A stretch of 64,000 nt of DNA from Deltaproteobacteria bacterium (GTDB lineage: Bacteria > Myxococcota_A > Polyangia > Polyangiales > Houyiibacteriaceae). Position 1 is the first letter of the stretch, and every line of letters begins with the position of its first letter. Positions 1 to 8,942 of the stretch are shown here, one piece after another. The position numbers and the translations under genes were made by a program. The stretch covers positions 200,142 to 264,141 of the forward strand of contig JAXMNT010000004.1 in the NCBI GenBank assembly GCA_034670305.1, in the 5' to 3' direction. Below the pieces are notes generated by a model that saw only the letters and a program-made list of their open reading frames with translations, was not told the origin of the DNA and ran no database searches.

Positions 1-134
1 TGGAGCTTCGTCGCTGGATTCCGCCATTTTCGCTTCTGCAGTTAGTTCTTTCGCACAACTGGTGTCAACCATGACCCGCACCCGCGGTGCTGGGGTCGTT
101 TGCCGGTGCGTGGCACACCTGATACGAGCGTTCA

Positions 135-782
135 GTGGTTTCACACATCCGCCGTCGGGTCCCGCGCCGCATCCTGGTGGCTGGCTTGGCCTACGCCGCG
201 ATGACCGCCGCGGGGTTGTTCTGGATGCACGGCCACGCCCCGCAGGCGAGTTGGATCGAAACAATCTGGCCGGAGGTGACCCGGGGCAGTCAGATCGGAC
301 TGTCCCTGGGTGGGGGACTGCTCTTGGCGATGGCCACCATCGCCCTCAGCCGCGTCCTGGTTCGCCGCACCGCCTGGGCCCAGCGTCTGCACCTCGGGTT
401 TCGGGACATGCTCGGCAACCTCTCGAGCGCCGAGATCGCGTTCTTCGCGATCAGCGCGGGGATCGCCGAAGAGATTCTATTTCGCGGAGGCATGCTCAAT
501 GCGTGGGGCTTCTGGCCAAGTGTCCTGATCTTCGGGCTCGCCCACGTGGCGCCCGACCGCCGCTTCTGGCCATGGACCGCCTCGGCGATCGTGGCCGGTC
601 TGGCATTCGGCGCGCTGTACGCAGCGACCGGCGAACTCGTGGGGGTCGTGGTGGCGCACATCCTCATCAACTACGAGAACCTGCACTTCGTGCGCAGCTA
701 CGACCCGAGCCGCCGCGTGCCACGCACGCCCTCCGCCCCAGGCCTGGTTGGGGATCGGTTGCGCGTCGGCGGACATTCTTAG
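135..782 (+). CDS. CPBP (CAAX protease/Abi) family intramembrane glutamic endopeptidase
   Basis: Multi-TM 215 aa protein with EExxxR (AEEILFRG), FxxxH (FGLAH) and HxxxN (HILIN) motifs. Confidence 0.85.
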   Translation: MVSHIRRRVPRRILVAGLAYAAMTAAGLFWMHGHAPQASWIETIWPEVTRGSQIGLSLGGGLLLAMATIALSRVLVRRTAWAQRLHLGFRDMLGNLSSAEIAFFAISAGIAEEILFRGGMLNAWGFWPSVLIFGLAHVAPDRRFWPWTASAIVAGLAFGALYAATGELVGVVVAHILINYENLHFVRSYDPSRRVPRTPSAPGLVGDRLRVGGHS

Positions 783-892
783 CAGGGCCACCGGCCAACG
801 AATCGTCCAAATCCACCATCTTTTTCCAACCCGAACGTGTCCGGGGTACCGCTGCGCAGGGGTGGCGAGACCCGACCTGGACATCTTGGCAG

Positions 893-922
893 TTGACTGC
901 GGGTCGCCCGGCTTCCTAGGAT
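893..922 (+). promoter_or_regulatory. Putative sigma70-type promoter for the FHA-GGDEF gene
   Basis: TTGACT (893-898), N18, TAGGAT (917-922); GAGG SD at 936-939 before TTG 944. Confidence 0.5.
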
Positions 923-943
923 TGGGGTCGACCTTGAGGACTT

Positions 944-1828
944 TTGGACTCTGACATCAAAACGCGGGTCACCCCGCTCGACGAGCTCAAGCTCCCGAAC
1001 AAATCCGGCTCGGACTGTTTGGTCGTCATCTACAGCACCGACTCGCGGCAGTTGGGCAAACGGCACGTGCTCGCCTCGCAGCCGGTGTCGCTTGGTCGGG
1101 GCAGCGACAACACCATCGTTCTGGAGAACGACAGCGTGTCCCGCCGGCATTGCCGCATCGAGAAACGTGGGCCTGGCTACCACGTGCAGGACCTGAACTC
1201 GACCAACGGCACCTACGTCAACGACGAGCTGATCAGCGACTACCAGCTGCGGCGAGGCGACCAGGTCAAAGTCGGCGACACCATCTTCAAGTTCCTCAGT
1301 GGCTCCGACATGGAAGCCCAGTACCACGAGACCATCTACAAGATGACGATCGTGGACGGCCTCACTGGCGTGAACAACAAGCGCTTCCTGCTCGAGACGC
1401 TCGAACGGGAGATCCCACGCGCGCGTCGACACGAGCGTCCGCTCACGCTCGTGATGATGGACATCGACCACTTCAAGAACATCAACGACACCTACGGCCA
1501 CCTCGCGGGCGACTACGTGCTCAAAGAGCAGGCGCAGCTCGTCAAGAGCCGGCTTCGTCCAGACGATGTGCTCGGCCGATACGGCGGCGAAGAGTTCGCG
1601 ATTCTGCTTCCGGAGACGGCGCTCGAGGGCGGGGTCGCCATCGCAGAGGAACTCCGCTCGATGATCCAGGACCACTCCTTCAGCTTTGAGCAGGAGAAGA
1701 TCCAAGTGACGATGTCGATGGGTCTCGCGCAACTCGAAGATGGCTGGGACGTGCCGTCGTTCATCAAACAAGCGGATGAGCGTCTGTACGCGGCCAAGCG
1801 CGAAGGCCGCAACCGAGTCTGCTTCTAG
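944..1828 (+). CDS. FHA-domain diguanylate cyclase
   Basis: FHA motifs (LGRG, VSRRHC, DLNSTNGTYVN); GGDEF domain with DIDHFK, NDTYGH, RPDD I-site and GGEEF. Confidence 0.93.
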   Translation: MDSDIKTRVTPLDELKLPNKSGSDCLVVIYSTDSRQLGKRHVLASQPVSLGRGSDNTIVLENDSVSRRHCRIEKRGPGYHVQDLNSTNGTYVNDELISDYQLRRGDQVKVGDTIFKFLSGSDMEAQYHETIYKMTIVDGLTGVNNKRFLLETLEREIPRARRHERPLTLVMMDIDHFKNINDTYGHLAGDYVLKEQAQLVKSRLRPDDVLGRYGGEEFAILLPETALEGGVAIAEELRSMIQDHSFSFEQEKIQVTMSMGLAQLEDGWDVPSFIKQADERLYAAKREGRNRVCF

Positions 1829-3810
1829 TGTTCGCCAGACCCGGACTCCACGAGCCCCGGGTCAAGCGCACACGAACATCCCGCCTGCCACGACGCGTGG
1901 TGACCGGCCTTGCGATCGCCCTGCTCGCGGGCTGCGCGAGCAACAGCGGGCTCGAACTCAGCGTCGACGTGCGCACGGATCTCGTGCCCGGCCGCAACTT
2001 CATCGGAGTCCGCGTCGAGCACTTCAACGCCGACCGGTCGCGCACCCTCAACCGCGCAGACGCGATCGCGACCCTCAGTCAGGACTACTTCGAAGGCTAC
2101 CGCGTCGCCGACTTCGAAGATGTGCCCGGCGGACCGCAGCTGTTGCTCGTGTCCCTCATCTCGCCCGACGGAGACGTGGTCGCGAGCCGACTCACTTCGC
2201 TCGACCTCAACTCCAGCTACGCGGTGACCGTGGTGCTCACCGCGAGTTGCAGCGGCATCGAATGTCCCGGCGAAGGGGACGACCCAACCTACTCCGCCTG
2301 CCACGGCGGCCAATGCGTCGACCCCCGTTGCAGCGTGGAAGAACCCGAGTTCTGCGGACCGCAGAACTGCACGACCGACGACGAGTGCAGCTCGCCGGTG
2401 CCGTGCGGTGTTCCGATCTGCCGGGTTGGGGTGTGTTTCGTCCGGCTCGACGATTCGGCGTGTCTGGATGGCGAGGTCTGCGACGTCGAAGGGTGCATTC
2501 CGGACCCCGCCGTGGTGATGATGGACGCCGGCATGGACGACGGCGGACCCGACTGCCCCGCCAGCGAGACGCTCTGTTCCGATGGCCGCGACGACGACTG
2601 CGACGGGCTCACCGACTGTGAAGATCCCGACTGCGAATCCGAGTCGTGCGACGACGGCAACCTCTGCACGACAGCCGACGCGTGCGGCGACGCGGGCACT
2701 TGCGTCGGCACGCCGGTCGTGTGCGACGACGAGAACGCATGCACCGACGACGCATGCGATCCCGAGACCGGTGGGTGCGAGAGCGTGAACAACACCGCCA
2801 GCTGCGACGACGGACTGTGGTGCAACGGCGCCGACTCGTGCGCGGGCGGGGCTTGCACCGAACACAGCGACCCGCCCTGCCCGACCTTCTGCAACGAGAC
2901 CTCGATGGCGTGCGAAGCGTGTCGGGGTCCGGACGACTGCGGCACCGTGACGTTCGGCGGGTGGGGCTCCTGCGGAGGCTACGCGGACTCGTGCGATGAG
3001 ACCGGCACCCAGAGCCGGACCGTCACCACGCCCACGTGCACCGCCGGCATGTGCGGGACGGTCGTCACCATGGAATCCCAAGGCTGCATGCGGGACACGG
3101 ACGGAGTCACGTGCGGCTCGACGACCATGGGCGGATGGAGTGGCTGCAGCGGGTACACCAGCACCTGCGACGAGACGGGCAACCGCACCCGGACCATCAC
3201 GATGCGCCAGTGCGCGGCGGGAAGCTGCGCGAACATGGACAGTGTCGAAAACGGAAGCTGCGGTCGCGACACCGACGGGACCTCCTGCGGCACCACGACG
3301 TACGGCGCGTGGGGATCCTGCGGCGGGTACAGCAACGCATGCGACGAGACGGGGAGCCGCAGCCGGACGTGCACCGCGCGCTCGTGTGTGGCCGGCAGCT
3401 GCGCCTCGCAGAACACGACGCAGAACGGGAGCTGCGGCCGGACGGTGAACGACGGCACCGTGTGCGGCGGAAGTGCGTGGCAGGTCTGCTGCGGACCGAG
3501 CTGCGTGGACACGAGAAACAACAACGCGGCGTGCGGCTCGTGTGGACAAGCGTGCGCGGGCGGACTCACCTGTGCCGCGACAGGAAACGGGGGCTACGGG
3601 TGCCGCTCCTGCACCGCCAACTCTCAGTGCACGGGCTCCCTGGACTCCGACGCCACGTGCTGGAACGTGGCCGCCCCGCCTGCGTACTGCCAATGCCAGT
3701 GTCCTGGCGCCGGCCATCAGATTTGCGCCGACGCGGGATGCGGTCCCGGCATGTACTGCCACGATTGCAGCGGCCACAACTGGTGCGCGCCCTTCCCCGG
3801 CAGCTGCTGA
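1828..3810 (+). CDS. Cysteine-rich secreted lipoprotein with myxobacterial Cys repeats and three thrombospondin-1-like repeats (true start may be downstream)
   Basis: Lipobox LLAGC; CSDGRDDDCDGLTDC and CDDxNxCTxDAC repeats; three WxxCxGYxxxCDETGxxxRT units. Confidence 0.8.
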   Translation: MFARPGLHEPRVKRTRTSRLPRRVVTGLAIALLAGCASNSGLELSVDVRTDLVPGRNFIGVRVEHFNADRSRTLNRADAIATLSQDYFEGYRVADFEDVPGGPQLLLVSLISPDGDVVASRLTSLDLNSSYAVTVVLTASCSGIECPGEGDDPTYSACHGGQCVDPRCSVEEPEFCGPQNCTTDDECSSPVPCGVPICRVGVCFVRLDDSACLDGEVCDVEGCIPDPAVVMMDAGMDDGGPDCPASETLCSDGRDDDCDGLTDCEDPDCESESCDDGNLCTTADACGDAGTCVGTPVVCDDENACTDDACDPETGGCESVNNTASCDDGLWCNGADSCAGGACTEHSDPPCPTFCNETSMACEACRGPDDCGTVTFGGWGSCGGYADSCDETGTQSRTVTTPTCTAGMCGTVVTMESQGCMRDTDGVTCGSTTMGGWSGCSGYTSTCDETGNRTRTITMRQCAAGSCANMDSVENGSCGRDTDGTSCGTTTYGAWGSCGGYSNACDETGSRSRTCTARSCVAGSCASQNTTQNGSCGRTVNDGTVCGGSAWQVCCGPSCVDTRNNNAACGSCGQACAGGLTCAATGNGGYGCRSCTANSQCTGSLDSDATCWNVAAPPAYCQCQCPGAGHQICADAGCGPGMYCHDCSGHNWCAPFPGSC

Positions 3811-3871
3811 AAAGGTCGGCCCTCCCGGTCTTCTTGCAGCCGGCCGTGGCGTAGTTTGGTACAACCACACC

Positions 3872-4987
3872 GTGCATCGGGGTGTACGAGATTTGATTCG
3901 CTGGGTCAGCGAACACGAGGCCGACGAGGACGTCCAGCTGAACCCGCCGGCGTCCACGGCGGACATCGCGGACGTCGAGCAGATGCTTGGCGGACCGCTG
4001 CCCGCGGACCTGAAGTTGGTCCTCACGCGGTTCAATGGGGGTGCGTTGCCCGCTGGCGAGCTGCTCCCCGCCGGCCTCGAGCCGGGGACCATCGGTCACA
4101 CGGTCCGCGAGTACGCCGAAGCCGTGGGCGGTGACTTCCTCGACACCGAGCTCTTGCTGCCGTTCCACCGCACGCCGGAGGGGAGTTTGCTCGCCTTCGA
4201 TCGGAGCGCCGGTCCGGTCTCCGACACCTGGCCGATCGTCGACTACTACGAGGACACCGACGAGCACCGGCTGATGTACCGGACCTTCGACGGCTGGTGC
4301 CGGGTCTGTGTCGCCGAGTGGACCTCCGATGATTTTCATCAGGAGTTCACGCTCGACACCTACCTTCGTTCCGGTGCCCGACATGCCGAAGCCGAACCCG
4401 ACGTGGCCACCGCGCACGCCACAGTGGCCCACGCGCTGCGTCGCGCCGGACGTCCCCTCGATGCGCTCGAAGCGTACTTGCGGGCTGCTCGGTGTGTACC
4501 GGAGCTTCCTTGGACCGATTGGGAGGCACTGAAGCTCGCCGCGATCCTCGACCAACGCGACCAGGCGTTCGAAGCGGCCACCCGGCTCTGCAGCTGGGCG
4601 CCTGCGGCGCGCTGGGGACAGCGCGAGACCACGCCGGCACGGGTCGCCGAAGTGATCGGTCCGCTCGCGTTTCGCGGCGGCGACGACGAACGCTGGATGC
4701 GTTTGCTCGAGCAGCTGCTGGAACAGTCCGACGAGGAAGACCAGCCCGTGGTCGATGCGATCCGCGTCGCGACCGGCGCTGGGGACCCGCCCCCACCGGT
4801 TCGGCCCTTCCGAGCGGAGAGCGTCGTGCCGCGCGTGCCAGACCTCGACGCGTGGTGGGCCGCCGCGGTGGCCGCGTTCTCGGCGGGCACCTTGCGGGAC
4901 GAGGACCTGCTGCTCGACCCGGAGATGGTGCACCTCGGCCGGGTGCGAAACTTCGCAGAGCTGCTCCAGATCCGCCGCGACTTCTGA
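3872..4987 (+). CDS. SMI1/KNR4 (SUKH) domain protein with helical/TPR-like C-terminus
   Basis: LNPPASTADIADVEQMLGGPLPADLKLVLTRFNGG is a typical SUKH N-terminus; GTG at 3872 is in the frame of ORF 3473..4987. Confidence 0.8.
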   Translation: MHRGVRDLIRWVSEHEADEDVQLNPPASTADIADVEQMLGGPLPADLKLVLTRFNGGALPAGELLPAGLEPGTIGHTVREYAEAVGGDFLDTELLLPFHRTPEGSLLAFDRSAGPVSDTWPIVDYYEDTDEHRLMYRTFDGWCRVCVAEWTSDDFHQEFTLDTYLRSGARHAEAEPDVATAHATVAHALRRAGRPLDALEAYLRAARCVPELPWTDWEALKLAAILDQRDQAFEAATRLCSWAPAARWGQRETTPARVAEVIGPLAFRGGDDERWMRLLEQLLEQSDEEDQPVVDAIRVATGAGDPPPPVRPFRAESVVPRVPDLDAWWAAAVAAFSAGTLRDEDLLLDPEMVHLGRVRNFAELLQIRRDF

Positions 4988-5194
4988 TCGCGGCGAGCCG
5001 CTTCGCGAACCACATGCGGCTCCGGACCCGATGGTCGCTTCGCTCGCGCGGGCCCACTGGACCCGCGGGCCGTCGCATGTGGGCATCGACCGCGACACGG
5101 ATCACAGCCTCCCGCACGAAGACTTATCGAAGCGCTTGTGGAAGTTGGGCGCCCGCGAAGTCGCCAACTCCGCTGGAGCATCCTAGGATCGCGC

Positions 5195-7381
5195 GTGATG
5201 CGTTCCGTCCTCTGTGTGTTGATGCTCGTCCTCGCCAGTGTGTTGCCCCGCGTGGGCAGCGCCCAGAGCGACGCGACCGAGCCGGCGTCCACCCCCAACC
5301 GCTTCGAAGCGCACTGGGTGGACGGAGAAGAGTCGGCTGCGTTGGCGGCTTTGCGGCTCGCCGAAGAAGAGATGTTCCGGCAAGTGGCGCAACCGCTGGT
5401 GGCCAGGGCCAGCGTGACGGTCGGCATCCCTCCGAGCGCGACCAGCGCTCCGGCGCACCGCACCGATCACCCGGCCGCGGTCGGCACCCCGCGCTGGCTC
5501 GAAGGACTCACGTTGCCGGATCTCCCGGTGCGGTTTCACGACCGCGTCGTGCGCTACCTCGAGTACTTCCGGGACTCGCGCCGTGGTCAGTCGTTGATGC
5601 GTGCATGGCTGCGGCGTTCGAGCCGGTACGGCGGCATGATCACCCAGACCCTGGAAGCACGCGGCTTGCCCCGCGACCTGCGCTGTGTGGCGATGGCCGA
5701 AAGCGGATTCGATCCCACCGTCCGGTCCCACCGCGGCGCACTCGGCATGTGGCAGTTCGTGCCGCGCACGGGACGCGAGTACGACTTGAACTCGAACCGG
5801 TGGTTCGACGAGCGCATGGATCCCATCAAGTCGACCGACGCGGCCGCGCGCATGCTCGGCGACCTGCATCGACGGTTCGGAAGCTGGGAGCTCGCGCTGG
5901 CCGCATACAACATGGGCTACGGCGCCCTGCTTCGCGCCATCCGCAAGTACAACACCAACGACTACTGGGTGCTCGCGGATCTGGAAGCAGGCCTCCCCTT
6001 CGAGACCACCATCTACGTGGCGAAGATCATGGCGTGTTCGGTGGTGATGCGAAACACCGAGACCTTCGGGTTCGGAGAACTCACCCGCGACCCGCCCCTC
6101 GAGGTGGAACCCTTTCATGTGGGCGGCGGCACGACCCTTCGGCAGATCGCGAGCGCCGCGTCGATGACGGTCGAGGAGATCTCGGCGCTCAACCCGGAGT
6201 TGCGCCGCGGGCGCACCCCACCCGGACGCGAAGGTTGGGACGTGCGGGTGCCCGCCGACCGATTGGAGGCGTTGAGTGCGCGCTGGGCGCGGCGGCGCGC
6301 GCAAGACCATCCGACCCAGCCCTACGTGGTGCGCTTTGGCGAGACGGTGGCGATGATCGCACACCGGTACCGCACGCGAGAACGGGACCTGGTCGAACTC
6401 AACGGCATCCTCGACGACGAGACGATCGGTGCCGGCACCACGCTCCTGGTTCCGGCGGTCGAACCACGCGAAGAAGAGACGCCCGAAGAGGCGCCAGTGG
6501 TCGCGGTGCCGCAGGGTGTCCGCCCGCCCTCCGGCACGGTTCGAGTCATCTACCGCGTCTCGCGCGGCGACACGCTCTGGGAGATCGCGCGGTTCTTCGA
6601 CACACGCGTGGCGGCGGTGGCGGAGTGGAACCAACTCGACCCGCACGCGACCTTGCACCGCGGCATGTACCTGCAGCTCTTCGTCTCGCGCAGCCGCGAT
6701 CTGAGCCGTGCCATCGTGCTCCAGGAGAACGACGTGCGGCTCGTCACGGTGGGCACCGAGGCGTTCTTCGACCAACACGAAGAGGCGCAGGGGCGCGTGC
6801 GCTTCCGCTACCGCGTGGTGGAAGGCGACACGATCGCGGGCATCGCCCGGCGGTTCGGACTGTCCACGGGGAGCGTGGCGCGCATCAACCAGTTCTCGCG
6901 GCGGACGACGTTGCAGATCGGACAGGAAGTGATCGTGTACGCGGACGAGGGCCGCGTGCCGGCGAGGTTCCGCCGGCGGAGTGCGGGGGATGCCGCGGCT
7001 GATTCTGATGCCGGCGCTGCTGCTGGGGGGGATGCTGATGCTGCGGCTGATGCTGCGGCTGCGACTGACGCTGAGGCTGAGGCTGACTCCGAAGCCGATG
7101 CCGATGCCGAAGCCGATGCCGATGCCGATGCCGAAGCCGATGCCGATGCCGATGCCGATGCCGATGCCGATGCCGATGCCGATGCCGAAGCCGATGCCGA
7201 CGCCGAAACCGATGCCGATGCCGATGCCGATGCCGATGCCGATGCCGATGCCGATGCCGATGCCGATGCCGAGGCCGATGCCGATGCCGATGCCGAAGCC
7301 GAAGCCGACGCCCAAAGCGACGCCGATGCCGACGCCGGGTCTGCCGTTGCCGACACGACCGTGGTGGAGCCGCGCGAGTGA
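5195..7381 (+). CDS. MltD-like lytic transglycosylase with LysM domains and an acidic (DA)n tail
   Basis: Signal peptide; SLT motifs AESGF, GMWQF, AAYNMG; LysM repeats ([26 protein letters not shown]); start GTG 5195 or ATG 5198. Confidence 0.9.
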   Translation: MMRSVLCVLMLVLASVLPRVGSAQSDATEPASTPNRFEAHWVDGEESAALAALRLAEEEMFRQVAQPLVARASVTVGIPPSATSAPAHRTDHPAAVGTPRWLEGLTLPDLPVRFHDRVVRYLEYFRDSRRGQSLMRAWLRRSSRYGGMITQTLEARGLPRDLRCVAMAESGFDPTVRSHRGALGMWQFVPRTGREYDLNSNRWFDERMDPIKSTDAAARMLGDLHRRFGSWELALAAYNMGYGALLRAIRKYNTNDYWVLADLEAGLPFETTIYVAKIMACSVVMRNTETFGFGELTRDPPLEVEPFHVGGGTTLRQIASAASMTVEEISALNPELRRGRTPPGREGWDVRVPADRLEALSARWARRRAQDHPTQPYVVRFGETVAMIAHRYRTRERDLVELNGILDDETIGAGTTLLVPAVEPREEETPEEAPVVAVPQGVRPPSGTVRVIYRVSRGDTLWEIARFFDTRVAAVAEWNQLDPHATLHRGMYLQLFVSRSRDLSRAIVLQENDVRLVTVGTEAFFDQHEEAQGRVRFRYRVVEGDTIAGIARRFGLSTGSVARINQFSRRTTLQIGQEVIVYADEGRVPARFRRRSAGDAAADSDAGAAAGGDADAAADAAAATDAEAEADSEADADAEADADADAEADADADADADADADADAEADADAETDADADADADADADADADADAEADADADAEAEADAQSDADADAGSAVADTTVVEPRE
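6990..7340 (+). repeat. GCT-rich segment plus (GCCGAT/GCCGAA)n hexamer array encoding Asp/Glu-Ala repeats
   Basis: Tandem hexamers visible directly, in frame in the transglycosylase. Confidence 0.95.
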
Positions 7382-8616
7382 TCTCTCCGGCGGAGGCGCT
7401 TCGACGGATTGTTGGGGGGGCCGTGGCGCTCGAGGCGGAGGAGGTTGGGATCTCGGAGGCGGGGGGGCGGGTGTGTGCGGAGGCGGTGGCGGCGCGGATG
7501 GATGCGCCGGCGCTTGATGAGAGTGCGATGGACGGGTTCGCGGTGCGGGCGGGCGAGGTCATTGCGGCGACCGCCGGGCGGCCCGTCTTCTTGCCGCTTC
7601 ACGGAGAGTCGCGGGCGGGCGGGCCGATGCCGCCCCCGCTGCCGGTTGGTCACGCGATGCCCACCTTCACCGGGGCACCCTTGCCCGACGGCGCGGACGC
7701 CATCGTGGTGCGTGAAGACACGCAGCGCATCTCGCGCGAAGGACTCGACGCGGTTCAGATCCGGTTCGCGGCGCCGCGGCATCACCACGTGCGACGTCGA
7801 GCCGCGGACCTGGAGGCGGGTGCAACGATCGTGGAGGCCGGTCGGCGGCTCCATGCGGGCGCCCTTGGGCTGCTCGCCAGCCAAGGGATCGACCGGCTGG
7901 CGGTGCGCCGGGCCGCGCGCGTCCGAATCTTGGCGACCGGCGACGAACTCATTCCGCTGGGGACCCCGCTGAAGCCTGGCCAGCGCTACGACAGCAACGG
8001 CCCGATGTTGTTGGCCTTGTGCGCCGAGGTCGGAGCGTCGGCCTCCGTCGTGCCGACGACCGGCGACGACCTGGGCGCGCTCACCGCGGCGGTGGCCGGT
8101 GCGATGGCAGAGTCCGAGGTGTTGATCACGACGGGCGGCGTGAGCGTGGGTGACCACGACCACACCCGTGCCGCGTTCGAAGCCGCGGGGGCGACGCTCG
8201 ACTTCTGGAAGATCGCGATCAAACCCGGCAAGCCGCTGGTCTTCGGACGAACCGAGACCGGCGGGTTCGTGATCGGCCTGCCGGGCAACCCGGTCAGCGC
8301 CTTCGCGACCTTCCATGCGTTCGTACGGCCGCTCTTGCGGGCCCTCGAGGGCGACGCGGCGCCCTACCCGCCGGTCCTGCGGGCCAAACTTGCGGGACCC
8401 ACCAAACATCGGCCGGGCCGACTCGAACTCGCCCGAGTTCGCGTCAACGGGGGGCGGGCGGTGCTGCATCCGCATCAGGGATCGGGCGACCTCAGCAGCC
8501 TCGGCTGGGCCGACGGGCTCGCGGTGTTGCCCGCCGACGCCGGCGATCTGGTCGCCGGGACGAGCGTGGACGTGCTCCGCCTGGACGGTGGTCAGCCCGA
8601 GCCCTGGATCCTCTGA
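7378..8616 (+). CDS. moeA: Molybdopterin molybdenumtransferase MoeA
   Basis: [46 protein letters not shown] motifs. Confidence 0.95.
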   Translation: MISPAEALRRIVGGAVALEAEEVGISEAGGRVCAEAVAARMDAPALDESAMDGFAVRAGEVIAATAGRPVFLPLHGESRAGGPMPPPLPVGHAMPTFTGAPLPDGADAIVVREDTQRISREGLDAVQIRFAAPRHHHVRRRAADLEAGATIVEAGRRLHAGALGLLASQGIDRLAVRRAARVRILATGDELIPLGTPLKPGQRYDSNGPMLLALCAEVGASASVVPTTGDDLGALTAAVAGAMAESEVLITTGGVSVGDHDHTRAAFEAAGATLDFWKIAIKPGKPLVFGRTETGGFVIGLPGNPVSAFATFHAFVRPLLRALEGDAAPYPPVLRAKLAGPTKHRPGRLELARVRVNGGRAVLHPHQGSGDLSSLGWADGLAVLPADAGDLVAGTSVDVLRLDGGQPEPWIL

Positions 8617-8636
8617 GCGCTTGCGAAGCGAGCCAG

Positions 8637-8717
8637 GCCACAAGATCGGGTGGCCCGCAAGATCGGGTGGCCCGCAAGATCGGCCCGCAAGATCGGGTGG
8701 CCCGCAAGATCGGGTGG
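8637..8717. repeat. Five tandem copies of 17-bp CCCGCAAGATCGGGTGG (one variant copy, one truncated to 13 bp)
   Basis: Units at 8637, 8654, 8671 (13 bp), 8684, 8701; CCCG/CGGG mini-stem in the intact units. Confidence 0.9.
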
Positions 8718-8942
8718 AAGGGAACGCCCCGTTCGTGCGTTCTTTGTTCGTGCACACTGGCGTTGTCTCGATGCGACTTGGTTCCGGTCGGTTCTCAGCT
8801 ATTTTCTCAAGAGAACCAAGGGATTGCCGGATCTGGCGTGTCCAAGGAAGACCTGCGGAGCGAGGGCACGCATGCCCCCAATCCGTCGTACACTGAACCA
8901 CCACGGAAACTTTCGTCTCCGTTCCGCGTCCCAACCTCACCC

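Noticed and set aside
135..782. Abortive-infection defence or bacteriocin immunity role for the CPBP gene
   Set aside because: No defence or bacteriocin context; the family is widespread with housekeeping roles
8637..8717. CRISPR array
   Set aside because: Repeats are directly adjacent with no unique spacers, only 17 bp long, and there are no cas genes
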